Source: a bacterium (GTDB lineage Bacteria; J088; JAWLBW01). Taken from it: DNA of 20,000 nucleotides. The stretch covers positions 236,116 to 256,115 of the forward strand of contig JAWLHK010000006.1 of the NCBI GenBank assembly GCA_041690355.1, in the 5' to 3' direction. Within the stretch, counting starts at the first letter, position 1, and every line of letters starts with the position of its first letter. Positions 1 through 7,433 of the stretch are shown here, in pieces. The translations under genes were made by a program, and so were the position numbers. The notes beneath the pieces are model-generated. The model did no database searches and had not been told where the DNA came from. It saw only the letters and a program-made list of their open reading frames with translations.

Positions 1-2
1 TC

Positions 3-65
3 TTCGGAGGGGGGAATTCTTCTGTCGGCGTCAGCTTCTCCGACGGCGCGATGTATCTTCCCTGA
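3..65 (+). CDS. possible 3' end of an upstream CDS (partial, ...FGGGNSSVGVSFSDGAMYLP*)
   Basis: Open frame from the window edge to TGA at 63-65, followed by a plus-strand terminator at 149-184. Too short to identify. Confidence 0.35.
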   Translation, partial: FGGGNSSVGVSFSDGAMYLP

Positions 66-130
66 CCTGATCGGGCCTGAGCGGGGGCCTGAGCGCCTGA
101 GCGGGGCCTGACCCGGCCTGGAGTCTGAGC
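61..130. repeat. degenerate short repeat cluster with CCTGA core
   Basis: CCTGA at 61, 66, 76, 88, 96 and 107, plus variants CCTGG at 117 and TCTGA at 124; irregular spacing. Confidence 0.6.
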
Positions 131-148
131 CGGGGCGGGCGCAACATG

Positions 149-184
149 AGCGGAGCCCGTCGGCGACGACGCGCTCCGCTTTTT
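149..184 (+). terminator. rho-independent terminator
   Basis: AGCGGAGC (149-156) pairs with GCTCCGCT (173-180), CGTCG (158-162) pairs with CGACG (167-171), GCGA tetraloop, T-run at 180-184. Confidence 0.75.
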
Positions 185-204
185 CATGCCGCGAATTCCG
201 GCCT

Positions 205-618
205 TCAGGGGCGTCGCTCTTCGGGCGGCAACGGTCCCGACTGCCTGGCAGAAGGCGGCGGCAGCCGCTGATCCCGGCCCGGCATGCGCGCCGGCCCATG
301 GTCTTCGGCCGTTGCCTGCCCGGCCCCTTCTTCGGGCCATGTCTGCTGGCCCCGGCCGGGGTCGGCGCCCGTGGGACCGCGCCGGTCTCCCGGTCGTTCG
401 AGAACCGTCTTCCAGTTCTCCCGGCCCGAACGGCGGAACAGGAGCCCGGCGGCGAGAAGGCCGATGCTGAAGGCCAGACCGAAGAGAAACGCCGGAACGT
501 CGCCTTCGATGAGTCCCACCACGCTCCACAGGCCGACAATCAGCGCCAGCGAGTAGAACATGATCCCTGAAATCAATCGTCCCCGCTGGCGGCGGGGTAC
601 CTGTCGATATTCAACCAC
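205..618 (-). CDS. hypothetical membrane protein (two TM helices, charged/proline-rich C-terminal tail)
   Basis: Two hydrophobic segments (LISGIMFYSLALIVGLWSVVGLI; AFLFGLAFSIGLLAAGLLF) followed by a positive patch (RRSGR). Start codon uncertain. Confidence 0.65.
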   Translation of the reverse strand: MVEYRQVPRRQRGRLISGIMFYSLALIVGLWSVVGLIEGDVPAFLFGLAFSIGLLAAGLLFRRSGRENWKTVLERPGDRRGPTGADPGRGQQTWPEEGAGQATAEDHGPARMPGRDQRLPPPSARQSGPLPPEERRP

Positions 619-722
619 GAGTTCACCCTGGCTCCATTGTCACCCGGTTTCGGCGGAAAGGGAGTGGTAAGCGGCAGGGGGACGCCCGGCCGCTTTCCAT
701 GAGCAGCGGGATATGCTTCCCG

Positions 723-1310
723 TCAGCCGCACTCGCCGCCGAGCAGTCCGGTGCGCAGACCGGGGTTCGGCGGATTCGGGCCGATGAAGATGCGCATGAA
801 GGTCTCGGCGAAGTCCTGATCGTCGATGACCCCGAGCTCCTGGCCGTTGCGGGTGACCTGCAGGCCGGCCTCGGGCCGATACGTGAAGCCGAGGTCGTCG
901 CCCCGCTTGAGATCGACCATCCACGAGGTCAAGCGGTCGAGATCGGCCTGAAAGCGGCCCATGCTCTGCCCGGCGTTCTTGGCGAACCCCTCGCGCCAGG
1001 CTTCGTTGATGTCCTTGCGGCCGACGTCGCGCACGAAGCTCAGGCTGAGGTGCCGCGGACTGTCTTCGAGGTCGAGCAGCTCGTTCGCCCCCTGAACGTC
1101 TCCGGGCGCATAGAGCCCGGCAACGTATACGTCGACGTTGAAGGCGGTCGCTTCGCGCAGGCCGAGCCCGTGCAGCGGCATCTCGGTGCCGCCGAGTTCA
1201 ATCTGGTCGGGAAAGCGCACGCCGGCGCATTCCGCCGCGTGAACGGCCGCCGGGGCCGCCAAAAGGCAGATTCCCAAGGCAGCCGCCGCGATCCTGTGGC
1301 GTGAATTCAT
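723..1310 (-). CDS. secreted chalcone isomerase-like (CHI-fold) protein
   Basis: Signal peptide (MNSRHRIAAAALGICLLAAPAAVHA). Motifs GVRFPDQI, LHGLGLR, VDVYVAGLY, F..IFIG..P and LR..LLG are typical of bacterial CHI-like proteins. Start moved to ATG 1310. Confidence 0.85.
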   Translation of the reverse strand: MNSRHRIAAAALGICLLAAPAAVHAAECAGVRFPDQIELGGTEMPLHGLGLREATAFNVDVYVAGLYAPGDVQGANELLDLEDSPRHLSLSFVRDVGRKDINEAWREGFAKNAGQSMGRFQADLDRLTSWMVDLKRGDDLGFTYRPEAGLQVTRNGQELGVIDDQDFAETFMRIFIGPNPPNPGLRTGLLGGECG

Positions 1311-1551
1311 GATGAGATCCTCCTGGGCGCAGGCTCGCACTCGCGGTTTCGGGCGGCAACTCCGGTGCGCTCAGACCCCTTCCGCAGCCCGGCAGGGAGA
1401 GGCATCATGGGAACTGGACGGTAACCGGCCGGACAACGTGAGGGACGCCGCCGAAAGCGACCGTGCCCGCAGGCGGCTACAGGGATACAATGCAGGGATC
1501 GCTTCTCCCGGCCTTGCGCGCCGGCGAGGGCGCTTCGAGGGAGTGAATGGC

Positions 1552-2952
1552 ATGATGCGAATGGACGCCGTCGTCGTCGGTGCGGGCACTGCGGGGAGCG
1601 CCGCGGCCTATCACCTGGCACGCAAGGGGCTGCGGGTTCTTCTGCTCGATCGCAGGGGGGCCGATGAAGCGGGCGCGTCCTGGGTCAACGGCGTCCCCCC
1701 GGGGATGTTCGAAGAGGCCGACATTCCGCTGCCCGAAGAACCGGAGCGGTGCGGGCACGCAGGGGCCTTTCACGTGCTCTCTCCCACCGGCGATGCCCGC
1801 GTAACCGTACCGGAAAGTCCCGTGTGGCAGGTCGACATGCGCCTTCTGGTGCGCCGCCTGCAGCGCATGGCCCGCAGCGCCGGCGCCGAAGTGCGCTTCG
1901 GGATGCGGCCGGTGCGGCTCGAGGGGGACGCCAGACGCGGGCGCACCCTCGTCTGCCAGGCCGGTGACGGATCGCAGAAGACCCGGCTGCTGCGCATCGA
2001 AGCCCCCCTGTTTGTGGATGCCGGCGGCCTTGCCGGAGCGCTGGGCCGGTTGCGCCCGGGACGGCCGACGGCGCTGCCGCGCGAAGATCTCTGCGCCGCC
2101 GCGCAGGAGGTGCGCGTCATCCGCGACCGCGCCGGGGCCGAAGCCTTTCTCGAGGCCATGCGGGCCCGCCCGGGCGACGCCCTGGCGTGGACCGGTTTCG
2201 AGGGGGGCTACTCGACGCTCGCCGTCACCGTGACCCCCGACTTCGAAGAGGTGCATCTGCTTACGGGCGCCGCCGCGCTACCCGGTTTGCGCTCGGGAAA
2301 ACGCATTCTCGACGACTTCGCGGCCGAACGGGACTGGGTCGGCGAGACGATCTTCGGCGGGGCAGGGGTCATCCCCATCTGCCGCTCGGCCGATCGCTTT
2401 GTCGAGCCGGGGATTGCCTCGATCGGCGACAGCGCCCTCCATGTCTTTCCGGCGCACGGCAGCGGTATCGGGAACGGTCTGGTGGCCGCGCGCCTTCTCG
2501 CCGAGGCCGTAGGCGAGGCGCTCAATCCGGGGTCGCCCGAGGTGCTCTGGGGCTACCAGTGTGCCTGGCAGCGCGGGCGGGGGGCGGTGGCCGCCGCCTA
2601 CGACGAATTCCGCCGGTTTTCGCAAAGCGTTGCGCCCGGCGATCTGGCGGCCCTGATGGCCTCGGGCTTGCTGCAGGCTGAACTCGTGGCGGCCGGTCTG
2701 GCCCAGGAAATGCCGCGGATCACCCCCGCGCTGATCGCCCGCATGGCCCCCGCCGCGCGCCGGCGGCCGGATCTGGCCGGGCGCCTGCTGCCCGTGGTCG
2801 CACGCATGCGAGCGGTACACGCGCTGTACCGCCGATTTCCCAGACGCGACGGGTGGCGCTATGCGGCATGGCGCGAAGCGGTCACGCGCCTGCGAACGCA
2901 GGGCGCCCCCGGAAAAGACCCCCTGCCGGAGATCGACGTCGAGGCGGCGTGA
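1552..2952 (+). CDS. FAD-dependent oxidoreductase, geranylgeranyl reductase-like
   Basis: N-terminal DAVVVGAGTAG Rossmann motif, VDAGG and IGDSA..FPAHGSGIG fingerprints. GAGGGAG RBS-like sequence upstream of ATG 1552; TACAAT at 1486-1491. Confidence 0.8.
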   Translation: MMRMDAVVVGAGTAGSAAAYHLARKGLRVLLLDRRGADEAGASWVNGVPPGMFEEADIPLPEEPERCGHAGAFHVLSPTGDARVTVPESPVWQVDMRLLVRRLQRMARSAGAEVRFGMRPVRLEGDARRGRTLVCQAGDGSQKTRLLRIEAPLFVDAGGLAGALGRLRPGRPTALPREDLCAAAQEVRVIRDRAGAEAFLEAMRARPGDALAWTGFEGGYSTLAVTVTPDFEEVHLLTGAAALPGLRSGKRILDDFAAERDWVGETIFGGAGVIPICRSADRFVEPGIASIGDSALHVFPAHGSGIGNGLVAARLLAEAVGEALNPGSPEVLWGYQCAWQRGRGAVAAAYDEFRRFSQSVAPGDLAALMASGLLQAELVAAGLAQEMPRITPALIARMAPAARRRPDLAGRLLPVVARMRAVHALYRRFPRRDGWRYAAWREAVTRLRTQGAPGKDPLPEIDVEAA

Positions 2953-2971
2953 CGGACCGGACGTGACCGAA

Positions 2972-3541
2972 ATGCCGGCCGCGCAGGAGATCGGGGGTCG
3001 CGGGCGCACTCTGGCGCGCCTGTTTCTGTGGGTCGCCTTTCCCCTGCAGACGCACCTGGGGCCCGGTTCAAAGGCGCTCCTTTTTCTTCACCAGTGGAGC
3101 TGGGGGCTTCTCAACACATTGGTGGGTCTCGCGGCCGGCGGCGTCGCGGTGATGCTGCTTCACGGGCGGGTCCGCCGGCGCCGGTCGGCCACGGTCGTGC
3201 TCGTTCCCGGGCGGCGTTGGTTCGGCGTCGCCCTCGGCCCGGTGCTGCTGGTCAGCGACCGGGTTCCCGCGCATGTCCTGGATCACGAAACCGGCCACTG
3301 GTTGCAGAGCATCCTTCTGGGGCCGTTCTATTGGCCGGTGATCGGCCTGCCGAGCGTGCTGCATGCCCTCTGGTTCAGGCGTCAGAACAGGGCGCCGCTC
3401 GATTACTACCGCTTCTACACCGAGTCGTGGGCCGACCGCTGGGGCGGCGTGCGAACGGTCGGCGGCATTCGCCGTGCGCCTCCGAGTGCGACGCCATCCC
3501 GTGCAGAGGGGGCGACGCCCGGAGAGTCGGCGGATTCCTGA
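2972..3541 (+). CDS. hypothetical membrane protein with HExxH zincin-like motif
   Basis: LDHETGHWLQS, a hydrophobic LLGPFYWPVIGLPS segment and a downstream YTESWAD. Start is ATG 2972 or GTG 2963, just after the flavoprotein stop. Confidence 0.7.
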   Translation: MPAAQEIGGRGRTLARLFLWVAFPLQTHLGPGSKALLFLHQWSWGLLNTLVGLAAGGVAVMLLHGRVRRRRSATVVLVPGRRWFGVALGPVLLVSDRVPAHVLDHETGHWLQSILLGPFYWPVIGLPSVLHALWFRRQNRAPLDYYRFYTESWADRWGGVRTVGGIRRAPPSATPSRAEGATPGESADS

Positions 3542-3657
3542 CGGGGCCTTGCGCTCACGCCGACCATCGGGCCTTGTTCATCATGGGTTCGGTCACGCGC
3601 ATGGACACACGGAAACCGTTTCCGCTTGTTTTCAGCGCGCCAGAGGGAGACCCGAAG

Positions 3658-4296
3658 ATGGCCGAAAAAGCCCATCGTACGGCGGCGACCGTTCACAAGC
3701 TCAAAGAGAGCGATACGGAATCGTTCTACCAGGTGTTCGACGCGGCCATCTCTGCGCTCGACCGCGCCCGCATCATGTATCTGGTCGGTGGCGGAATTGC
3801 GGCCAAGGCGTTCGGCCGCGAGCGCACGACCCATGACATCGATTTCTTCGTCAAGCCTGCCGACGCCGAACGTTCGCTCGACGCGCTCGCGAATGCGGGA
3901 TTCGACACTGAAATGACGAATCCCAAGTGGCTCTTCAAGGCCTTCAAGGAAGAAGTGATGGTCGACATCATCTTCGCCTCGACGGGCGAGATCCGCGTCG
4001 ACGACCGGATGATGGAGCATTCGCGCATCTCTGACTTCGCCGGGCGTCACGTGCGCACGCTGCCGCCCGAGGATCTGCTCATGATGAAAATCATGATTAC
4101 CGACGAAGACATGCCGCGCCACTGGCACGACGCCCTCGGGGTTATCCGCTGGATCGAAGTGGACTGGGAGTACCTGCTCAGCCGTGCACGCTACGGCCCC
4201 CGCCGGCTGCTCAGTCTGCTGCTGTTCGCCCAGAGCATGGATCTGCAGGTGCCCAACCGCGTCATTCAACGCCTTTTCCGCATGGTCTACGAGTGA
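3658..4296 (+). CDS. nucleotidyltransferase family protein (Pol-beta superfamily, NTP_transf_5/AbiEii-like)
   Basis: LVGGGIA...RTTHDIDFFV (GG plus DxD), third Asp in VDIIF, PEDLLMMK...RHWHD C-terminal motif. GAGGGAG RBS before ATG 3658. Confidence 0.85.
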   Translation: MAEKAHRTAATVHKLKESDTESFYQVFDAAISALDRARIMYLVGGGIAAKAFGRERTTHDIDFFVKPADAERSLDALANAGFDTEMTNPKWLFKAFKEEVMVDIIFASTGEIRVDDRMMEHSRISDFAGRHVRTLPPEDLLMMKIMITDEDMPRHWHDALGVIRWIEVDWEYLLSRARYGPRRLLSLLLFAQSMDLQVPNRVIQRLFRMVYE

Positions 4297-4306
4297 GGGG
4301 CGCACC

Positions 4307-4576
4307 ATGACATCGAGCGATTACCTGGTCGCGCACCTGCGCGAGGCTCTGGCCGCCCATCCGGATGTGGGCATGCTCGATCTCTACCTCGAGGTCACGG
4401 ATCGGTCTGTTCATGTGTCGGGGGTCGTCGATTGCGAGAGCAAGCGCGATGCGGCCCTGGCCCTCGTGCGCCGGATGGCGGCTCCCCGGGAGGTGGTCGA
4501 CAACACGAAGCTGCTCAATCTTCTTCCTTCGGAACCCCCCGAGGTCCTGCATGATCCGTCTGGCGGCCATCGCTGA
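4307..4576 (+). CDS. single BON-domain protein without signal peptide
   Basis: 89 aa: LREALAAHP..., VEV-like LEVTDRSVHVSGVVD, ALALVRRM, EVVDNTKL fit the BON alpha/beta pattern. GAGGGG RBS; starts 10 nt after the NTase stop. Confidence 0.7.
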   Translation: MTSSDYLVAHLREALAAHPDVGMLDLYLEVTDRSVHVSGVVDCESKRDAALALVRRMAAPREVVDNTKLLNLLPSEPPEVLHDPSGGHR

Positions 4577-5309
4577 CACCCATTGCACGCAGCGTACGTG
4601 CGACCGCCTGTCGCCGGTCTGGCGCGAGCTCAACGACAAGGCCGATCTCTTTCTCGTCGCCGGCGACCTCACGACGACCGGCACGGCGCAGGAGGCCGAG
4701 ATTCTCGCCCGCGAGCTGTCGGTGGTCGACGTGCCGGTGGCCGTCGTCCTCGGCAATCATGATTACCATGCCGGAGCCGAGGGCGAAGTCACCCGGATCC
4801 TGCGCGATGCCGGCATTCACGTGCTCGAGGGTGACTCGCTCACGCTGCAGATCAACGGCGAGTCGGTCGGCGTCGCGGGCATCAAGGGGTTCGGCGGCGG
4901 GTTCGTCGGGGCCTGCGCCACCGACTTCGGCGAGCCCGAGATGAAGTCGTTCGTGCGCCACGGTACCCGGGCCGCCGCGCGGCTGCGCGACGCACTGGCG
5001 CGTCTCGACACCGACTATCGCATCGTGCTCATGCACTACAGCCCCATCGACACGACGCTGAATGGAGAGCCGCCGCCGATCTATCCGTTTCTGGGAAGCT
5101 ATCTCTTCGCCGAGGTCGTCGACGAGATCGGGGCCGACCTGGTGCTGCACGGGCATGCGCATCACGGGTCGGAGAAGGGGGTGACCGCGCGGGGCATTCC
5201 CGTGCGCAACGTCGCCATGCCGCTCGTGCGCCATCCCTACGTCATGTTCCACCTCGAGCACACCGAGGGCTACCTGCCGTTTCCGATCCGGCTCACCGAA
5301 CACCGATAG
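4551..5309 (+). CDS. calcineurin-like metallophosphoesterase
   Basis: All five motifs present: ADTH, AGDL, GNHD, MHY, HGHAH. ATG 4551 overlaps the BON gene by 26 nt. Confidence 0.9.
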   Translation: MIRLAAIADTHCTQRTCDRLSPVWRELNDKADLFLVAGDLTTTGTAQEAEILARELSVVDVPVAVVLGNHDYHAGAEGEVTRILRDAGIHVLEGDSLTLQINGESVGVAGIKGFGGGFVGACATDFGEPEMKSFVRHGTRAAARLRDALARLDTDYRIVLMHYSPIDTTLNGEPPPIYPFLGSYLFAEVVDEIGADLVLHGHAHHGSEKGVTARGIPVRNVAMPLVRHPYVMFHLEHTEGYLPFPIRLTEHR

Positions 5310-5314
5310 AAGGA

Positions 5315-5444
5315 CAGTCGTCAGTCTTCGGTCACAGGTCTTCCGTCAGGATTCGCGTCACGTGGCAGACAGACACGATGAAGGGACTCGCCGGCCGACT
5401 GCGGACTGACGACTGACGATTCAGGATGGCGACTGAGGACTGGC
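5315..5444. repeat. inverted pair of heptamer repeat arrays (CAGTCNN / GACTGNN)
   Basis: CAGTCGT-CAGTCTT-CGGTCAC from 5315; GACTGCG-GACTGAC-GACTGAC at 5397-5417; GACTGAG-GACTGGC at 5431-5444. Perfect 12-bp inverted repeat 5315-5326 / 5404-5415. Confidence 0.75.
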
Positions 5445-5487
5445 AACGGAGTCAGCCCTCCGCCACATGTCCATCCGCGGACGCACT

Positions 5488-5496
5488 TGCTACAAT
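5488..5496 (+). promoter_or_regulatory. extended -10 promoter element (TGcTACAAT) for ampG
   Basis: TG at 5488-5489 and TACAAT at 5491-5496, 6 nt before ATG 5503. Confidence 0.6.
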
Positions 5497-5502
5497 GGCG
5501 CG

Positions 5503-6759
5503 ATGGGTTCCATCCTGCGCTCCGTATTCACCGGCCGCATGCTCGTCGTGCTGCTGATGGGTTTCTCGTCCGGGCTTCCGCTCATGCTCATCGGCAGCAC
5601 GCTGAAGGCCTGGCTGCGGCAGGAGGGGATCGACCTGTCGACCATCGGCTTCTTCTCGCTCGCCGGACTTCCGTACACGGTGAAGTTTCTCTGGGCGCCG
5701 CTGATGGATCGCTACGTGCCCGGCCTGCTCGGCCGGCGCCGCGGATGGCTGCTGATCGCGCAGATTGCGCTGATGGCCGGATTCGCCGGCATGGCGAGCA
5801 TCGAGCCGGCGTCGTCGCTGCAGACCCTGGCCGTGCTCGCCGTGATCGTCGGGTTCTTCAGTGCGAGCCAGGACATCGCCGTCGACGCGTACCGCCGCGA
5901 GGTCCTGCGGGATGAGGAGCTCGGCTTCGGATCATCCCTTGCCATCAACGGCTACCGCGTCGCCATTTACGTCTCGGGCGCACTCGCGCTCATTCTGGCG
6001 GGGCTTTTCTCCTGGCAGACGACCTATCTGCTCATGGCCGGCTTCATGGTCATCGGTTTTCTGACGACCATCTTCGCCCCCGAACCGGTGACCGAAGAGG
6101 CGCCGCCGCGCAGTCTGCGCGAAGCGGTCGTCGGACCCTTTCGGGACTTCTTCTCCCGGAAAGGCGCCATCGCGATTCTCGCCTTCATTCTGCTGTACAA
6201 ACTCGGCGACTCGATGGCCAGCGAGATGATGAACCCCTTTTACATCGATACGGGTTTTTCGCTGGAGGAGATCGGGGCCATCGCCAAGACGCTCGGTCTC
6301 ATGGGTACCTTCGGCGGCGCAGCGGTCGGCGGCCTGCTCATGATCCGCCTCGGCATCGCCCGGTCGCTCTGGGTGTTCGGCGTGCTGCAGGCGGTATCCA
6401 CGGCCTGTTTCGCCTTTCTCGCCATGGTCGGCCACAGCATCCCGATGCTGTCGCTGGTCATCGGTTTCGAGACCTTCTCGGGGGGGATGGGGACGGCCGC
6501 CTACGCCGGGTTCATGGCCAGCATCACGAACCGGCGCTTCACGGCCACGCAGTATGCGCTGCTGACCAGCCTCATGGGGGTGCCGCGCGTGATCTTCGGG
6601 GCCACCACCGGCGTGCTCGCCGAGGCCATGGGCTGGCAGGGGTTCTTCGTCTTCTGTACGGTCATCGCGTTGCCGGGCATGCTGCTTCTTCTTCAGGTAG
6701 CCCCGTGGTCGCAGCCGGCCCCCGGAGAGCCGGCGAAGCCTGTGCGCGAATCGGCCTGA
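5503..6759 (+). CDS. ampG: AmpG family muropeptide MFS transporter
   Basis: LMGFSSGLP, GLPYTVKFLWAPLMDRY, GRRRGWLL, SASQDIAVDAYRRE, YKLGD and ATQYALLTS motifs; multiple TM helices. Confidence 0.92.
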   Translation: MGSILRSVFTGRMLVVLLMGFSSGLPLMLIGSTLKAWLRQEGIDLSTIGFFSLAGLPYTVKFLWAPLMDRYVPGLLGRRRGWLLIAQIALMAGFAGMASIEPASSLQTLAVLAVIVGFFSASQDIAVDAYRREVLRDEELGFGSSLAINGYRVAIYVSGALALILAGLFSWQTTYLLMAGFMVIGFLTTIFAPEPVTEEAPPRSLREAVVGPFRDFFSRKGAIAILAFILLYKLGDSMASEMMNPFYIDTGFSLEEIGAIAKTLGLMGTFGGAAVGGLLMIRLGIARSLWVFGVLQAVSTACFAFLAMVGHSIPMLSLVIGFETFSGGMGTAAYAGFMASITNRRFTATQYALLTSLMGVPRVIFGATTGVLAEAMGWQGFFVFCTVIALPGMLLLLQVAPWSQPAPGEPAKPVRESA

Positions 6760-6811
6760 GAAAACGTCCCGAGCCCCCGCCTCGAACGCGTCCATAAGGC
6801 GCCGCTCACCC

Positions 6812-6840
6812 TTGTCCGCCCGGGTGCCGGCTGCTACAGT
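6812..6840 (+). promoter_or_regulatory. sigma70-type promoter TTGTCC-N17-TACAGT with extended TG
   Basis: -35 at 6812-6817, TG at 6832-6833, -10 at 6835-6840; intergenic, upstream of the 6915-9900 gene run. Confidence 0.6.
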
Positions 6841-6888
6841 ACAGAGATACGCTCCTGTTTCCTGCCCCTCGGCTTGCAGGGGCGCCTT

Positions 6889-6914
6889 TGTGACGCACCC
6901 GTGTGACGCACCCG
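6889..6914. repeat. perfect 13-bp tandem direct repeat (TGTGACGCACCCG x2)
   Basis: 6889-6901 and 6902-6914 are identical and abut ATG 6915. Confidence 0.9.
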
Positions 6915-7433
6915 ATGGAGCAACCTCCTTTCCCCTTCAAGAACCCGGTCGAGGGCTATCTGCGGCTGACCGCCGACGGCGTCTGGCTGTACAAAGGCGA
7001 GCCGATCACGCACCCGGGCCTGGTTCATATTCTCGAGAGCAATTACGGTCACGGCCCCGAGGGGGGCTTCGAGGTGCGCCTCGGCTTCCAGCGCGTGACG
7101 GTCGAGGTCGAAGACACGCCGTACTTCATCCGCGCGCTCGAGTGCAACGGGGACGACTGCTGGATTCACGTGAACGACGGCACGCGCCAGGTGCTCGAGC
7201 CGGCACGCGTCTGCATCGGCGCACACGATCGAACCTACGTGACGCTCCCGTCCGGTGACGACGCGCGGTTCCTGCGCAAGGCCGAGCTCGACCTGGGCGC
7301 ATTTCTCGAGGAACAGGACGGCAGGCTCGGTCTGCGTCTCGGCGGGCGCTGGACGCCCCTCGGGTCGCGCGATTCGGGCGCGGCTCTGGCGTCTCGGGCC
7401 GGGGCGGACGAAAGCGAAAAGGGGGCGTCGTGA
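6915..7433 (+). CDS. DUF1285-like protein
   Basis: LRLTADGVWLYKGEPITHPGLV and VTVEVEDTPYFI match the DUF1285 pattern. Start is ATG 6915 or GTG 6903; stop overlaps the next start (GTGA). Confidence 0.75.
   Translation: MEQPPFPFKNPVEGYLRLTADGVWLYKGEPITHPGLVHILESNYGHGPEGGFEVRLGFQRVTVEVEDTPYFIRALECNGDDCWIHVNDGTRQVLEPARVCIGAHDRTYVTLPSGDDARFLRKAELDLGAFLEEQDGRLGLRLGGRWTPLGSRDSGAALASRAGADESEKGAS

Noticed and set aside
1309-1551. N-terminal extension of the flavoprotein ORF
   Set aside because: The Rossmann motif starts right after 1552 with an RBS upstream; the extension covers the divergent promoter region.
3028-3657. N-terminal extension of the NTase ORF (422-aa call) suggesting a fusion
   Set aside because: The extension overlaps the HExxH gene in another frame and is low-complexity; a good RBS precedes ATG 3658.
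3658-5309. Assignment to CBASS or a canonical AbiE / MNT-HEPN toxin-antitoxin pair
   Set aside because: The NTase is short and lacks CD-NTase architecture; no Cap effector, AbiEi-like regulator or HEPN partner is adjacent.
6889-6914. CRP site suggested by TGTGA
   Set aside because: Only direct-repeat half-sites; the TCACA inverted half at N6 spacing is absent.
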